This document shows positions 36,418 to 49,553 of a DNA stretch of 64,000 bases, piece by piece. How positions within the stretch are numbered: position 1 is the first letter of the stretch; every line of letters begins with the position of its first letter. The stretch lies in the NCBI RefSeq assembly GCF_000143415.4, contig NW_003314303.1:780613-844612 (forward strand), in the 5' to 3' direction. Source of the DNA: Selaginella moellendorffii (lineage: Eukaryota > Plantae > Lycopodiophyta). The notes below the pieces were generated by a model. The model made no database searches. It saw only the letters and a program-made list of their open reading frames with translations, and had not been told where the DNA came from. The translations under genes and the position numbers were made by a program.

Positions 36418-39114
36418 TCACAAGCCCACCCATTTCACCTTGGAGAACAGCTTCCTTCCAACCGGGAGCCCGTAATCCTTGACAACCGCCGGTTCGTTGC
36501 GAGCACTCCGAGGACGGCACCAAATGTAAACACCTCTCTCTTGTCGGCTGCCCGGAACGGTGTTGTCCAACACGAACGCCACCAGGAACGCAATCACCAT
36601 ATGCATCGAGAGCACCGAGTTGAGCACGAAATTCGCCTGAAAGGATGGGTAAGAACTTAGAGAAGATCTCTCGAGTTTGCTTTACCCCGTGGTTCTTCGT
36701 CTTGACGGGGCCGTGCTGAGCGACCGCATAAGGTTGAAAGTAAGGCTCAGTCACTGCATTTACCGCTGCGTTGCCATACTGCTGGAAGTAGGCGGGCACT
36801 GACAAGGCAGTGAACAGGGAGAGGCCCACGATAAGTACGTTCCGGGAGCTTCCAGTCTCGCTGTATCGTAAGTTAGACAAGCCGAGAGCTGTCAAGAGGG
36901 TCCACATGAAAGCCAGGAGCCCGGCCACAATAACAGTCGGAATTGAGGCAATGAATGCTCCTACTTTGCCTGCAAATATCACAAGGGGCGAATAGAAAAA
37001 TCCAGGATATCAGCAACACAGCCAAATTCACAGGCCTGAAAAGAAGGAATGCCAGGAAGAACTCACCAACTAAAGCGAGGATGATCAAGACGCAAGCTCC
37101 AAATTCGACAGCTCGCCGGCTTCCCATCTTCGTGACAGCTATCGTATGCACATTTTCGGTTAATGTCGTTGCCCCGGCTCCAGTTCCAAATATCCCAGCC
37201 AAAGCACTGGTTATCCCCTCCAAGCCAATGCTTCTGCTGACCACCCCTGGAGATGGAGCCCGGGAAGCAACCAGCAACGAAGTCGCATGATAAGTTCCTA
37301 CCTGGAATCCAACAATGTCAAAACAAATATATCAGCACCACCAAAGAGCACTGACCGAATCCACGGTTGCGATTATCGACGCGGCCATCATCACGAGCCC
37401 CGTTTTAAAGCTGAAGCGTGGTGCGCCCCATTGCAGTGGATACGGAAAGCGAAACCAGGCTGCGTCTTTCAAAGCCGTGGAAACATCTGTCCTGCAGTGT
37501 TTCATAGTGAAAACATGTCGTTGACATGCCGCTGACGGTGGTAGTTTCATATTGCATCCTTTGTAGTTGTATGCTCCCGTCTCGGTTAGTAAGAAAGCAT
37601 ACGCCCAGATGATACCAAGTCCCAGGGGCACCTGTGGAGCCAAGATGAAGTTCAGTTGCAAGTTTCTTTGTCCAGACGTACCGCATAAACTTGAAAAACT
37701 CGGTGCCCGAAGACAGATATTTTTCGCAGGTACTGCATACACAGAGCGCACGGCCGTTAGTAGCAATGTCCAGCAAGCCGAGATTTGGACTCACCAGAGC
37801 AAAGAAAAGTACGATCAGTAGCTGTGGAAGACCAATCTCGACACAGGTTCCAACCACGGGAAAAGCATAGCTGAAAAATGCCAAGCCTATCGCAGCAACA
37901 GTTGGTGCAACAACCACCGGATTGATCACCCTGCAAAACATTCGGTCAGACTCAACTTAACGACATGGCTGGCTGAGACGCTAGATATACCTGAGGATGA
38001 TAGACATAAGGCCAGTATAGCCCACGACCATTTGGAACACCGAAGAAATAATGACAGCTCCTTGCAATTCCCTCATTATATGTTTGAATCTCTGTAAAAC
38101 AAAGACAACGTCACAGAGTCTCGACGAGAAAGTTGATTTTACTTACATTCTGGCGTACGCTAGAAAACTCCGGAGAATGAATGATAGTCAGAATTGGAGC
38201 CAGATATGCGAATGATGCGCCTTGCACCAGAGGCAACCTCGAACCGAAAAACGAGTGCAACAAAGTTGTGATCCCAGTGACCAGGAGCATAGTAGAGACA
38301 ACTTTAGCGACATCTTCCTAGACAACAAAAGATCACACGCATTAATACAGCAAGAAGAAAACCATCTCACGAGCTTACGTTGCTTCCGCCCATGGCTGGC
38401 ACAAAGATTAAAGGCGTAAGGACAAGCGATCCAACAATGGAGAAGTAGTGTTGCAATCCATACAAAATTAACGGAACTGCAAGTACAAGTTAGTAGCGGA
38501 GTACATGATCAGCAAAGAAAAAAAGAAATGAATCCCGAAGGAAACTCACCTAGTCCCGGAGTCTCTCTGATCTCATACTTCATATGAGATTGTTTCGCCA
38601 TGAGGACATCGTCCATGTCTTGCTGAGAACCCATGTCAACCTCCGAGTCTCTATAGTGTCCACGAAGCTGGCCACTGCTTTGCTGGACGCCGCTCACATT
38701 CTCCGAGTCAATCCCTCCGGTCCCTCTCTTTGAGCTCACGGGAGGGGTGTAAACTTTCGTCGGTGTAGCGCCTGGATCCTTGGCAGCGCTCCCATTCTCC
38801 ACCGGCGTTCTGGGAGCAGCACCGCCACTAAGATCTGCCGAATTGGGGGCCTTGAGATGCAATGTAGCATCAGCATTGCTCACATCCGTGTCGCTGATGG
38901 TGCTGGCCGCGCTCTCGCCGGACATGTTGCTCCGGAATCCTGTTCTTCGGGCCCATGATCCCATCGTCCTGGGATTCTGATTGCCACCGGCGTCCATCCT
39001 CGGCGGCCAGGGTCCGGGTCTTCTACCTAGGGAAGGGGACTCTGGATCATGATGATCTTGAGCCCTCGATGGCGGCGAAGACGTCCCAAGCCCCGCTGGA
39101 GGAGGAAGAGGCAT
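36418..39114 (-). CDS. Nucleobase-ascorbate transporter (NAT11/12-like)
   Basis: MGSWARRTGF N-terminus; NAT signature ENVHTIAVTKMGSRR; multi-exon. Confidence 0.92.
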
Positions 39115-39774
39115 AATATCTTGATTCTAGCTCGCTGCGATGCCCCGACACCGCGCTTCTACCACCAAGAACCGATCAAACCAGCGCTCTAGAGGCCGGA
39201 TTCACGCCTGGAAACGCAAATGCCATACCAGATCCGCCGCTTCCCCATCGCCGAGCTCGATAGCTCCTGCCAGAATCCACACGACAGCGGCCGCGTCGCC
39301 ATCGATCGGGCGCCTCCAGTCAGGGATCCGGCTCCTCGATCCGGAAAGAAGCCACATTCTTTGGGCGCGCAGCGGCGTCCATAGCCAAAACCTCGCCCTC
39401 CAAGAACACAAGAATGAGATGAGAAGAAGCTACTAAAGGTGTATAGTGTAGAAACGAAGCAAGGCCTTTTTTCACGTTAACTGTACTGGGCTTTTGACTG
39501 GCTGGTTATTACCTGGGCGGTAACTTATCTCGGTCCGTTGTGCCGACAGCGAAGTTCTCCATAGCCACAAGCAATCCCGGCCGTCCGATATTCCTCAGAG
39601 AATATACTATTTGAACCTGTCCCGACCGTCCGATCAAAGCTTAGAGATGGTTCTACCTAGGGTTTATCATTTGGGAATGGCGGGATAGCGCAGACGATGA
39701 ATGCGCTGAGGTACGAGTAGGATTGGAAGCGCGAGATTTCTTTCTGGATCCAGGAATTTGAGCGCCAGGCCGGG

Positions 39775-41845
39775 ATGGAGAAGATTTGGTGCCTCGGCGG
39801 CATTCTTTTGCTGGTATCGACCTGTGCTGGCGTCTCATTCCACGCCACGCTGCATCGCAGCGATGCGGTATTGACGACTGATGCGCATTGGTACACACAG
39901 ACTCTGGATCACTACGCGACTCAAGCAAGAATTCTTTTTGTTTGTTCTTCGAGAGATTGGAATTTTACATTGCTCGATATTTACAGGACGATAGAACTTT
40001 TGCTCAACGTTACTATGAGTTTACGGACTACTTCGATGCTCCCAACGGGCCAGTGTTTCTCAAGATATGTGGCGAGGGACCGTGTGTAGGGATCCAAAAC
40101 GATTACAGTGCGGTAAGAAAAGCATTTTGCTCGATTGAATTGGATCGCTTTCCTTACCTGCGGTATCAAGGTGCTAGCGAAAAGATTTGGAGCCGCGATT
40201 GTTTCTCTGGAACACCGATACTATGGACAAAGCTCGCCATTCAAATCTCACGCGACAGAGAACTTGATTTATCTATCTTCCAAGCAGGCTCTTTTCGATC
40301 TCGCAGCATTTCGTGAATACTACCAGGTGGCAGCTATTTTATATAGGTTCACGACTTGAATGACGCTGTGTTGCAGGACCTGATTAATCATAGGACCAAC
40401 TCTACCAGCGACAATCCTTGGATTGTAATGGGAGGGTCATACTCTGGAGCATTGAGTGCCTGGTTTAAGCTGAAGTTTCCACATTTAGCGGTTGGAAGCG
40501 TTGCAAGCTCTGGTGTTGTCCAAGCAATTTTCAAGTTCACTAAGTTCGACGAGCAGGCAAAACTCTTTCTCGTTTTTATCTTGATTTTATTTTTAAGCGT
40601 TCGTATACACCTACAGGTTGCCGAATCCGCTGGCGCTACCTGTAGCGCTGCTTTGCGTGCCGTGACCCGTTTAGCAGAACAAGGCCTGAAGGAAAATTCT
40701 GTTTCTACGAAAGCCTTGTTCAATGCTGAACAGGTAACCTCTGGTCAGTTATAGAGCTCACGCCAAGTAAACTTTGCAGCTTGATGTGGATGGAGATTTC
40801 TTGTATTTCCTAGCTGATGCTGCGGCGATTGCGGTATGTCTAGTCCTTCACTCTGCCGCCTGATATTTTCTTTTCCTGCGCAGTTTCAGTATGGTAATCC
40901 AGATATCTTGTGTTCGCCACTTGTTGCTGCGTATAAACGTAACGAGGATCTACTGGTATGTGCGTGAAAGTGATGCCGCTGCAGATAATTTTCTTGTCAT
41001 TCAGGCTGTGTATGCGAAGTATGTCAAAGATTACTACATAGACACATTTAAATCGAGCATCAATACTTATGATCAAAAGCACTTGAAAGAAAACTTGGCT
41101 GCAGGAGATCATTCGAGTAAGTCTACCGTTGAGCTTGAGTTTTTGCTGATGGTCTGCTTGTAGGTGATAGATTATGGTGGTACCAAGTGTGCACCGAAGT
41201 AGCGTACTTTCAAGCGGCGCCTGCAAACAATAGCATTCGCTCTGCTCTCGTCAATGTCAAGTACGTACTCATAAGCTGTGTCATCTTATCCAATGTCCTC
41301 CTGCTTGTGCAGGTACCATTTGGATTTATGCTCCAACGTCTTCGGGAACGGCACATTCCCAGAAGTCGATAACACGAACCTTTACTACGGGGGAAACAAG
41401 ATCAGAGGTATTTCCAGTTGATGTTGTCCGTTGGCAGTCATCATTCATCCTTTGTTTGTCGTAGGAGATAAGATCTTGTTCATGAACGGTTCCCAAGATC
41501 CTTGGCGTCATGCCTCCAAGCAAACTTCTTCGCGTAATGGTAAGGGAGCCATCATAAGCTATGTCGTCTCAAATCAGCGTTGATACATTTGCAGAGCCTG
41601 CATATGTGATCAAGTGTCAGAACTGCGCTCATTGTGTTGATATGCGAGGCTGTCCGCAGACCCCGCTTCAAATCGGAGGTAAACCATGGCTTATGTTTAC
41701 TCGCATTTGATGGCATGTATATATCCTTGCAGGAAACACCTCGAAATGTGCCGACCCGGAGGCTGCACAAGCGGGTCAGCAGCTCGTAGCCACTTACATC
41801 TCCCGCTGGCTCGAAGACGCGAATGGCTCTGTAAAGTACATGTAG
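39775..41845 (+). CDS. Serine carboxypeptidase S28 family, copy 1
   Basis: Signal peptide, QTLDHY, LEHRYYGQS, GGSYSG, NGSQDPW, CAHC. Confidence 0.92.
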
Positions 41846-43061
41846 ATGGTAAGTGTTTGGCCTCTCAAGATGGATTTCCCTTTCATAGTTTTTACATCGT
41901 TGCAGGCACCCTTCAAGGTAGCTTTCGATTAGCGAAGGTGATGCAAAGTTCAGGTCATCGTATACTTTTGTCTGATCTCGGGTGGTTTCCAGATTCACGC
42001 AAAAATCTCGCTGGTCAAAAATCCGATGCTACATCTATGGTATGGCGTAACACAAGGTACTTTGGATTTCCTACCTGTTTAGCTTTTGTCTTGTTTCGTT
42101 TTTTTCCTGCATTCTACAACTATTGTCTATGGTTTTTCTAATCGCATGGTATAAAATGCTTATCTGTGAGGTGCGTGTGGGGGTATGTGTGTGTGTGTTT
42201 CTCTACTGGTATTCTTTGTCCATGATCCAACCATTCCTTCCCAGCGTCAGCTCTAAAACTTTTTTCTTTGGTTCCCTTTTTCTTGCCACTCTTTGTTTTC
42301 TCTTTGATCCTACACGCCTGGGCCTCCCTCCTTGTTGGCTTCGTTGTCCTCCAGATGCGCATGGCTGCTCATGATCGCTTAAATTCAACAAGTGGTCATA
42401 ATCCTTTTTTTTTCTCGCTCTCTCTCTTCCTCCGACAAAAGCTCGAGAAGAAACCATTTTTTGGCCGTGGTCAGCTTACTCACTTGCTTGTCCACTTTTC
42501 ATTCGAAGGGCGGCTTTCAGTAAAAGATTATTCTTATGTGACTGTTTGCTTTGATCATGAAGTATACTAATCGAGGCTCTCCCTTTTTTTCTCTTCCAGA
42601 CATTCACCGCATTCGCAAAAAAAGAAAGAGAAGCTTTTCGCTCCAGTCTGTGGGTGAGATCACTGCGTCCTTTTTGTTAGAGTTTTCAGCACCTCTTCGT
42701 TGGCCGCGTGAGATCATGAGAGAAAACAAGTGATTTCCTCGATACTTTCTTGTCAGGGGGGGCGCTCCATATAAGCCGAGCTTGGAGAGAAATCCTCGAG
42801 AGTTTAGAATTGGAACTCGCAAGAACAGCAATAACAGCCTTCTTTCCAGCAACTTGGGCTCTCGTTTTCTTTTTTTCTTGCAAGTACGATCGCTGTTTCT
42901 GCCAATTGCAAGTTTAAAATCTGGGAAAACTTCTGGCTGGTTGAATCAGGGACAGGGTTGCAGTGGCCTTGGCAGACAAGAGCAATCGAGCAAAGATCAT
43001 CCTTTTTGTACGATTGGATTTTCATCGCTTTGGTCTTTTCGATCGCTTTGATCCATTTGGC

Positions 43062-44672
43062 ATGGAGATGGAGCACGAGGACTTCGCAGGATCGCAGTTT
43101 TGCTCCATCTGGGAGAGCTTCTCTTCCGACGAGTGTGGATCTGGAGCCTCCTCTCTCAATCTTCCCGAGCTTTGCAACAGCCCGGATCACAACGACAATG
43201 GCTCCTGGCTGCCTCCTCCTCCCTCTTCCCAGATTTTCCATTCCAAGCCAGCCACAGCGTTGGCTCTTGACAATCACCACCACCACCATCAAAACTTGGA
43301 CAGGATCATCGATTCCTTCCCTTCTCCTTCCACTTCTTCGTCTCACCACCACACTCTCATCAGCTCTCCCGACTCGCCACTCGTGTTTAACTTCCTCCTC
43401 CCGCAACACCAGCACACTTCTAGCTCCATCCAGTTTGGATTTCCTCCAGTCCAGCTCCTCCAATCTCCCGAGGAGGTAATTCCCAGCAAGCCATGCGTGA
43501 GAACACCACCACCCAAGAGCTCCAAAGCTTCTTCTTCCAGCTCTCTCAATCAAAACTCCTCGAGTTCTTCCATGGCTGTATTGGAGAATCACTGCGCGAG
43601 GATCAAAAAGGAGCGGGCCGAGGTGCAAGACGAGAATTGCCCGGCCTGGAAGAAAAAGTGCCTGGTAAGTTCTCTTGCGATCTTAGTCCGTTCTTTCTCG
43701 GGTAGAAAAGCTTGTCTATTTCCTTTCTTTCTCGAGGAGAATTCGTCTCATGACACAACTCTTAGATGGTTCTTTCTTTCGAGAGTTTATTCGCATTCAT
43801 CTTGTCATTCTTTCTTAGTTTCTCAAACTCTCGCACCTCCATTCTTTCTCTAGGAGAATTCTCTTGTGCGAGTCTCTTGGCATAGAACTCTTAGATGGTT
43901 CTTTCTTTAGAGAGTTTCTTCACATTCATCTTGTCATTCTTTCGCGAGTTTCTTCATCATCGTCTCAATCTCTCGCTGCAGGAATCGAGGGGCTTGGAAT
44001 CTCGGACAAAGTCATCAGTAACATTGTCAGCGCCCGAGGAGAGCAGCACAGTTACCTCAGCGCTTGGACCAGCTCTAAACACCGACGGAAAGCCACGCGC
44101 AAAGCGTGGATCTGCCACGGACCCGCAAAGTATCTACGCTCGGGTAAAATCTCTCAATCCAGAAACAAATAAAAAACTTCTTACTCGTCTCAAGTCGTGT
44201 TCATGCTCTTCATTCCCTGTGTCTCTTTTGCTTCGTCTTCTAACGTTTTTACTCTTGGTTTTTCGCTGCCAGCAAAGAAGAGAAAGGATCAACGAGCGTT
44301 TGAGAGCGCTACAAGGACTCGTACCAAACGGAGCGAAGGTGGGTCTCTTTGGCCATTCCTTCACGTAAGCTTTTGGAGATGGATATTGAGCGATTGACTT
44401 TGTGCTCCAGGTTGACATTGTGACGATGCTCGAGGAAGCCATCAACTATGTCAAGTTTTTGCAGCTGCAAGTAAAGGTCATGCGTGATCAATATGGAGAA
44501 ACAAAAAAAAAAGACTAAACTTGTCAACTTTGCTTCCCTTTCTTCGCAGCTGCTCAGCTCGGACGAGTATTGGATGTACGCCCCCACAAATTACAACGGG
44601 ATGAATATCTCCCTTGGAATGCACCTCAACATGCAGTCATACCTCAAGATCAAGGAAAACGTTAGCAGCTAG
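43062..44672 (+). CDS. RSL: Class II RSL bHLH transcription factor
   Basis: [56 protein letters not shown]. Confidence 0.92.
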
Positions 44673-44915
44673 AGACGAGGAGAAACAAAAGAGCAAAAGC
44701 TTACACAACTTCGAAGTCATTCTTTTCCTCCTGTTTTTTTCCCCGGGTTCCGAAGAAACCACGAGAATACATTCTTATTTTTGCTTCCAGGCCACCACCT
44801 GGAAGTTTCATTCATCTGCCAAGAGTGAAACAAGCAATCAAAAGAAATAAAAGCTGGATTACGAAATGGACTCCCGATGGTGTCATATCTCGGTTGTTAG
44901 AGAGAAGTTACAAAG

Positions 44916-45886
44916 TCACCCTCGAAGCCATGCGTTTCTGAAGGACGAGTTGTCTCGCAAGGAAGCGTCGTGTGGTTTGTACTCCATCACGTAACTGGTG
45001 GGGAGATGGAGGTGCCGCTTGATGGAATCGCGAAGAGCCATCACAGCCTGTAAACACAAGTAAGCACGACTGTGGAGAAGAACAGCGAAGCAGACAGTAA
45101 ACCATACCTGATTATCAGACGCGTTCCTATTCCAGACGCTCAAAATGTCCTCCCCGAAACGAATGCTCAGCACCGCTCCACAGACGCTGTCACTGTAGTC
45201 GAGTTGATCTCCGATCATTGCGAGCACCTGTGAGAATAAAAAAAACATTTTTAGCCGGTCACAAACTTGAGAAGTGAGTAACAAAAAAGAGAGAGAAAGA
45301 ATGACTATACCAAGTCCTCCCAGAATCGACCGGATACGATCTTCTTAAAGCGAACAATCCATTTTCCACCGTTTCGATTTGCAGTATCCTGACGAGAGAG
45401 AGAAAATAAAGGACTGTATCTAAGAAAAAAAAGGATGGACCGAGAAATTCTATACCTCCCACAGTGGTCTTATTCCCTCTTTGAAGAGATGAAAGTCAGT
45501 GGGATTTGGACAATTGGATGGCCTCGAGAGATGGCAGTAGCAGCTCCAAAATCCCTCAACCTGATCAAGAAAAACCATAAGAGAAGAAACCAAAAAAAAA
45601 AAAAGGGATAGGACTACTCACAGTGCTAAACTCAGCGATCTTCTTCATACTGTCCTCATAAGAAATATGAGAGCGCACGCCCGGAGTCCTCCTCGTGTAC
45701 CAAAACACAAAGCGTTGCTGCACGGCAAACAATCAAACCAATGGCGCTCAATCGCGATGGATCGATCGAGCGGCACAAGAGGAGTACCTGGAGCGGATGC
45801 AAGCCGGCGCGAATGTGGCGCTCCTTGTCATCGGCGTCGCGCAATCGACGAAGCTCCTCCTCGTCGCTACTCCCTTCCAGCGCCAT
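44916..45886 (-). CDS. nCBP: Novel cap-binding protein (class II eIF4E)
   Basis: HPLQ..FVFWYTRR, CGAVLSIRF.EDILSVWNRNA, C-terminal RNAWLRG*. Confidence 0.92.
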
Positions 45887-48369
45887 TTTTAGGGTTTATC
45901 GCCTTATGATCTTTGTTAAAGAGCTCTAAATGTTACTTAAAAGTATGGTAAATTTAATCACATAATTGAAACCCTTTAACTGGACCTTTTAGGACTTCAC
46001 TGGAAAGATTCTCGATCATAGTTTCAGAGACTTTTCCTCGCAGGTGTACAAGAATGATATCGCGCTCAAATTTTTGGTCGTCGATCCGAAGGAGACCAAG
46101 CACACTTGAGTTACTTCCTCTCACAGGCATCTCTTTAGAGTGCATGTCTTTCTAGCGGATCCTCGGCGGGAGCGTCTTCGTGAAGATAGAGGAGCTATCC
46201 CAGCTTGTTTGTGTGGACGAGATTCATGGAAACGCGCTACTAGCGGCTTAGTGCCGGTTGAGTTGGACAACAACCGAGACAACTCGGTGTTTGCCTTGTG
46301 TGGAGGAAAGCGAGACGTCACAGACAGAAGGATCTCCAAGAGTGATCTTCCTCATTTCAGCGCTGAATGGCCTGTTAGGGACCGAACTTTTAAGGTCCTG
46401 CCGCGATGCCAAGGATCTTTCCCAGGCCATGAGTGTACAGGCTTCCATCGTGCCATCAAGCTACGAGCTCGATCGCTACTCTGTTGTTTTTCGCAAGGGT
46501 TGAATACATCGTGGCATCCTGCATTGCAGCTCTGGATGCGCTCTAATCCTGGTGTAAGATTTCTCTAAGAAAAGGAGGTATTTTGCTTGCTTGATCCATG
46601 AAATGGTCTCAAGCTCGTTTGTGATGCATTTTGCTAGAATGGAGACTTTTTTTAAAGAAGTTTTTAGTTAGCTATGCTTGTGGTTAAGTTCACACAAGCA
46701 AAGTTTGCTGTTTAGAAAGTATTTCCTCGGAAAAGCTCTTTCGTTTTCCCAGAAAACGTGCTTTCTTTTTCCAGGGTCCAAATTCCGACATGTTTGGCAT
46801 GGTAGAAAACAGTAAGCATTTCGATCAAGTCGGTTCCACATTCTTTTATCTTTTTTCTCTTTGCGTATCTCATATTGTTTATCCCAGGAAGTCAAAAGTT
46901 TGGAAGAAGTATCCGAAACAGGTGCCTCCTAAATAAACTGTCGTGCACGCTCGACTGAAGATCCCGAAAGAGTTGAGGCGAGTTGACGTATAAAGATCAG
47001 TGCTTGAAAGCTCGTCAATCTTACCCCCGCGGAAAGCAAAAGGTAAGCACTTCCATTGAAAAGGAGAGGGCTTTGTTTTTCTTCTTCGCAATAGGCGTTG
47101 CAAGCGAGAGCAGTGTCGCAGATGAAGCAGGCGCTGCTCCAGACGCTTCGATCAAGCAAAGTCTTTCGAACCCCACCAGCTTGCTGCTCCGGATCGCAAC
47201 TGTAGTCCTGTGCGTCGCGTTTCTTGTCAGTAGGAAGAAGATCACCTCGTTGCCAGATGGGAAAGCGTTGATATAAAGTTGGCTTTTACTTGTTTATCCA
47301 TTTTCCAAGTTAAAGATTGTTTAGTTTCTTATCTTTTTTCACAGATTTCGAGTGAAATGTGTCTCGGCTATTCGCACCAGTGTTCCTGGTCATGCTATAT
47401 ATCGAAATCTCTAGCATGGAAGAAAGCTCTCGACTGGATGGTGTTCTTTTCAGACCAGGTAGTCTATTCTTTTGTTCCCTAAATGTTGATTCAAGACAAA
47501 ATGGTGCTGGGGAAGTTAGTTGAGACATTGGCTCTGAACTTGAGAAAGCCTGTGGAGAATTTAGCAGCTGAGCATAACAAGAGACGCATCATTCACTCGC
47601 TCTTCCCATTACTTTTTTTTTTTTTTTTTTGAGTTTATACAATTGGAATATGTGTTGCTTTCTAGATCCATGCTGGAGCCCGGAAAAACAGCGTTTGAGA
47701 AGGATCGATGTGGTAATGCGTTGAAAAAATTATCTCAATGAGATCTTAGAATCGAGGCTAATATATATCGTGTCAGATTAGCTAAAACAAAACGCGAGCA
47801 ACTGCAAGACCAATATCCCGTTCTATGGGGAGCTACACCGAGAGTAACCTGTGGTGATCGCCCAAGGAGTGGAAGCTTTCGAGGATGCCAAGCGCGATCT
47901 TATTATCATAGATACGAGTGGGAGGCACAAGAAAGAGGCTGTTTTGTTCGAAGACTTGTTGATGCTACGAAACCAATCTTGATCGTTTTTGTGATGGATG
48001 GAAGCATTGGACAAGCTCTTGCTTGCTGATTGTAGCACATGTGATCATGGGATGAGATTTGGATATACTGTCACCGTGGATCCTTGGAACCTTGGGAGAT
48101 AAATGGGGATAAAATAGCCACTAAAGGCTCTCTCATCAAGCAATTACCCCTTTTCCAGTTGGGTTAAGGGGAGAGAGATAAAAGGTGCGCTATAGTTGGT
48201 GCGCTACCCCTAAATTTGAAATCGTACGTATTGGGCATTCATGCGTATGTCTTTCCTCTTGTGTGGAGTATCCACGGACGAAAGTATCCACCGTGGGACT
48301 GCGGTACGGGTGGATGACTAGTTGCCTCACATGGAATAGCTAGTCTACACAATGGAAGGATGTGCGGAA

Positions 48370-48762
48370 TGTTAGGATCCTATCCCTTACACCCTAAGCC
48401 AACTGGCTAAAGGGGTGATCACTTGATTGTAGGGCCTTTTCTTTATCCTATTATCCTGACCTGGTGCCTAACAATCCTCCCCCTCGTCAGGGAATGATCG
48501 TCCGCAATCATATTTAGGCCACCATCCGGTCACCATGGTCCTTCTCTTAGGGTCTACCAAACCTTGGTTCTCCCTCTAGATCCACCATGTTGAACATTCC
48601 TTCAAAATATTCTGCCCCACTCGTCAGCCACGAGAATCGAACTGGGCTCCGATACCAATGTTAGGATCCTATCCCTTACACCTTAAGCCAACTAGCTAAA
48701 GGGGTGATCACTTGATTGTAGGGCCCTTTCTTTATCCTATTATCCTGACCTGGTGCCTAACA
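48370..48762 (-). mobile_element. TRIM B nested in element A
   Basis: 104-bp LTRs (48370-48473, 48659-48762) TG..CA; PBS TGGTATCGGAGC (tRNA-iMet type); PPT AGGGGGAGGAT; 185-bp internal region. Confidence 0.9.
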
Positions 48763-48767
48763 ATCCT

Positions 48768-49553
48768 CAAACAGCGGTGGAGTTGGGATTGAATTTGAGT
48801 AAGGACGTTCAAGATAAGCTTAATTCCGAGGCAACTGATCTGGCCACAGAACTTGATGAGATTCTGGTGGTGTGTAAACGGAATTTGCAAGCAGCTCAGG
48901 ATAAAGCGGAGAAGTTTGCCAATGAGCATCGCCAATTCCGGGAATATAAGGTGGGTGATCTCGTCTTTGTACGAGTGATCTTTCCGTCAAGTGAGCGGCG
49001 GAACACCTTGGTGCCTTTACGGACAGGGAAAAGTGATAAACTTTCCCATCGATATGCTGGTCCATATGAAGTGTTGGAACGCATTGGTAAAGCAGCTTAT
49101 CGGGTGCGGCTGCCAGTTGGGGTGAAAATTCATTCGGTATTTTATGTCAGCCAGTTGAAAGGTGTACTGTCTCGGAGTGACGGGCCCAATGCGTCCTTGA
49201 TGTATACGGCTGTGGAAGATGGACCAAGAGCTTGAGCAGGATTCCCCAGAAAGGGTGATCACCGGTACAACTCGTCCTTGGGACAAGGACTTTGTTGGGG
49301 GGAAAGAATTGTTAGGTGCCAGCTTTGACTACGTGGTCAATGTCGGTCAAAGGGAGGCTCAAGGGTATATTAAGGCATGTTAGGGTAAGGGACTTAACCT
49401 ACCCTAGGGCTCACAGTGGAGCGGCGGCGCAGTGGAGCTTTTGAGGTAGATTGGGGGTGGTTAGGTGGTGAGGAACCTCAAGAGGTGGTGTAGCATAGTC
49501 TAGGGCAACTAGATCTTTGTCTTTTTGCGTCGGATCATAACATTGGTATCAGA
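48768..49553 (+). mobile_element. Ty3/Gypsy integrase 3' fragment plus LTR C (49310-49542)
   Basis: YKVGDLV..KLSHRYAGPYEVLERIG..YRV..IHSVFYVSQLK (GPY/F motif); PPT before and PBS TGGTATCAGA after the LTR. Confidence 0.88.

Noticed and set aside
45950-47480. Possible degraded gene(s) between nCBP and the SRP54 pseudogene
   Set aside because: Could not assign a family or consistent exons
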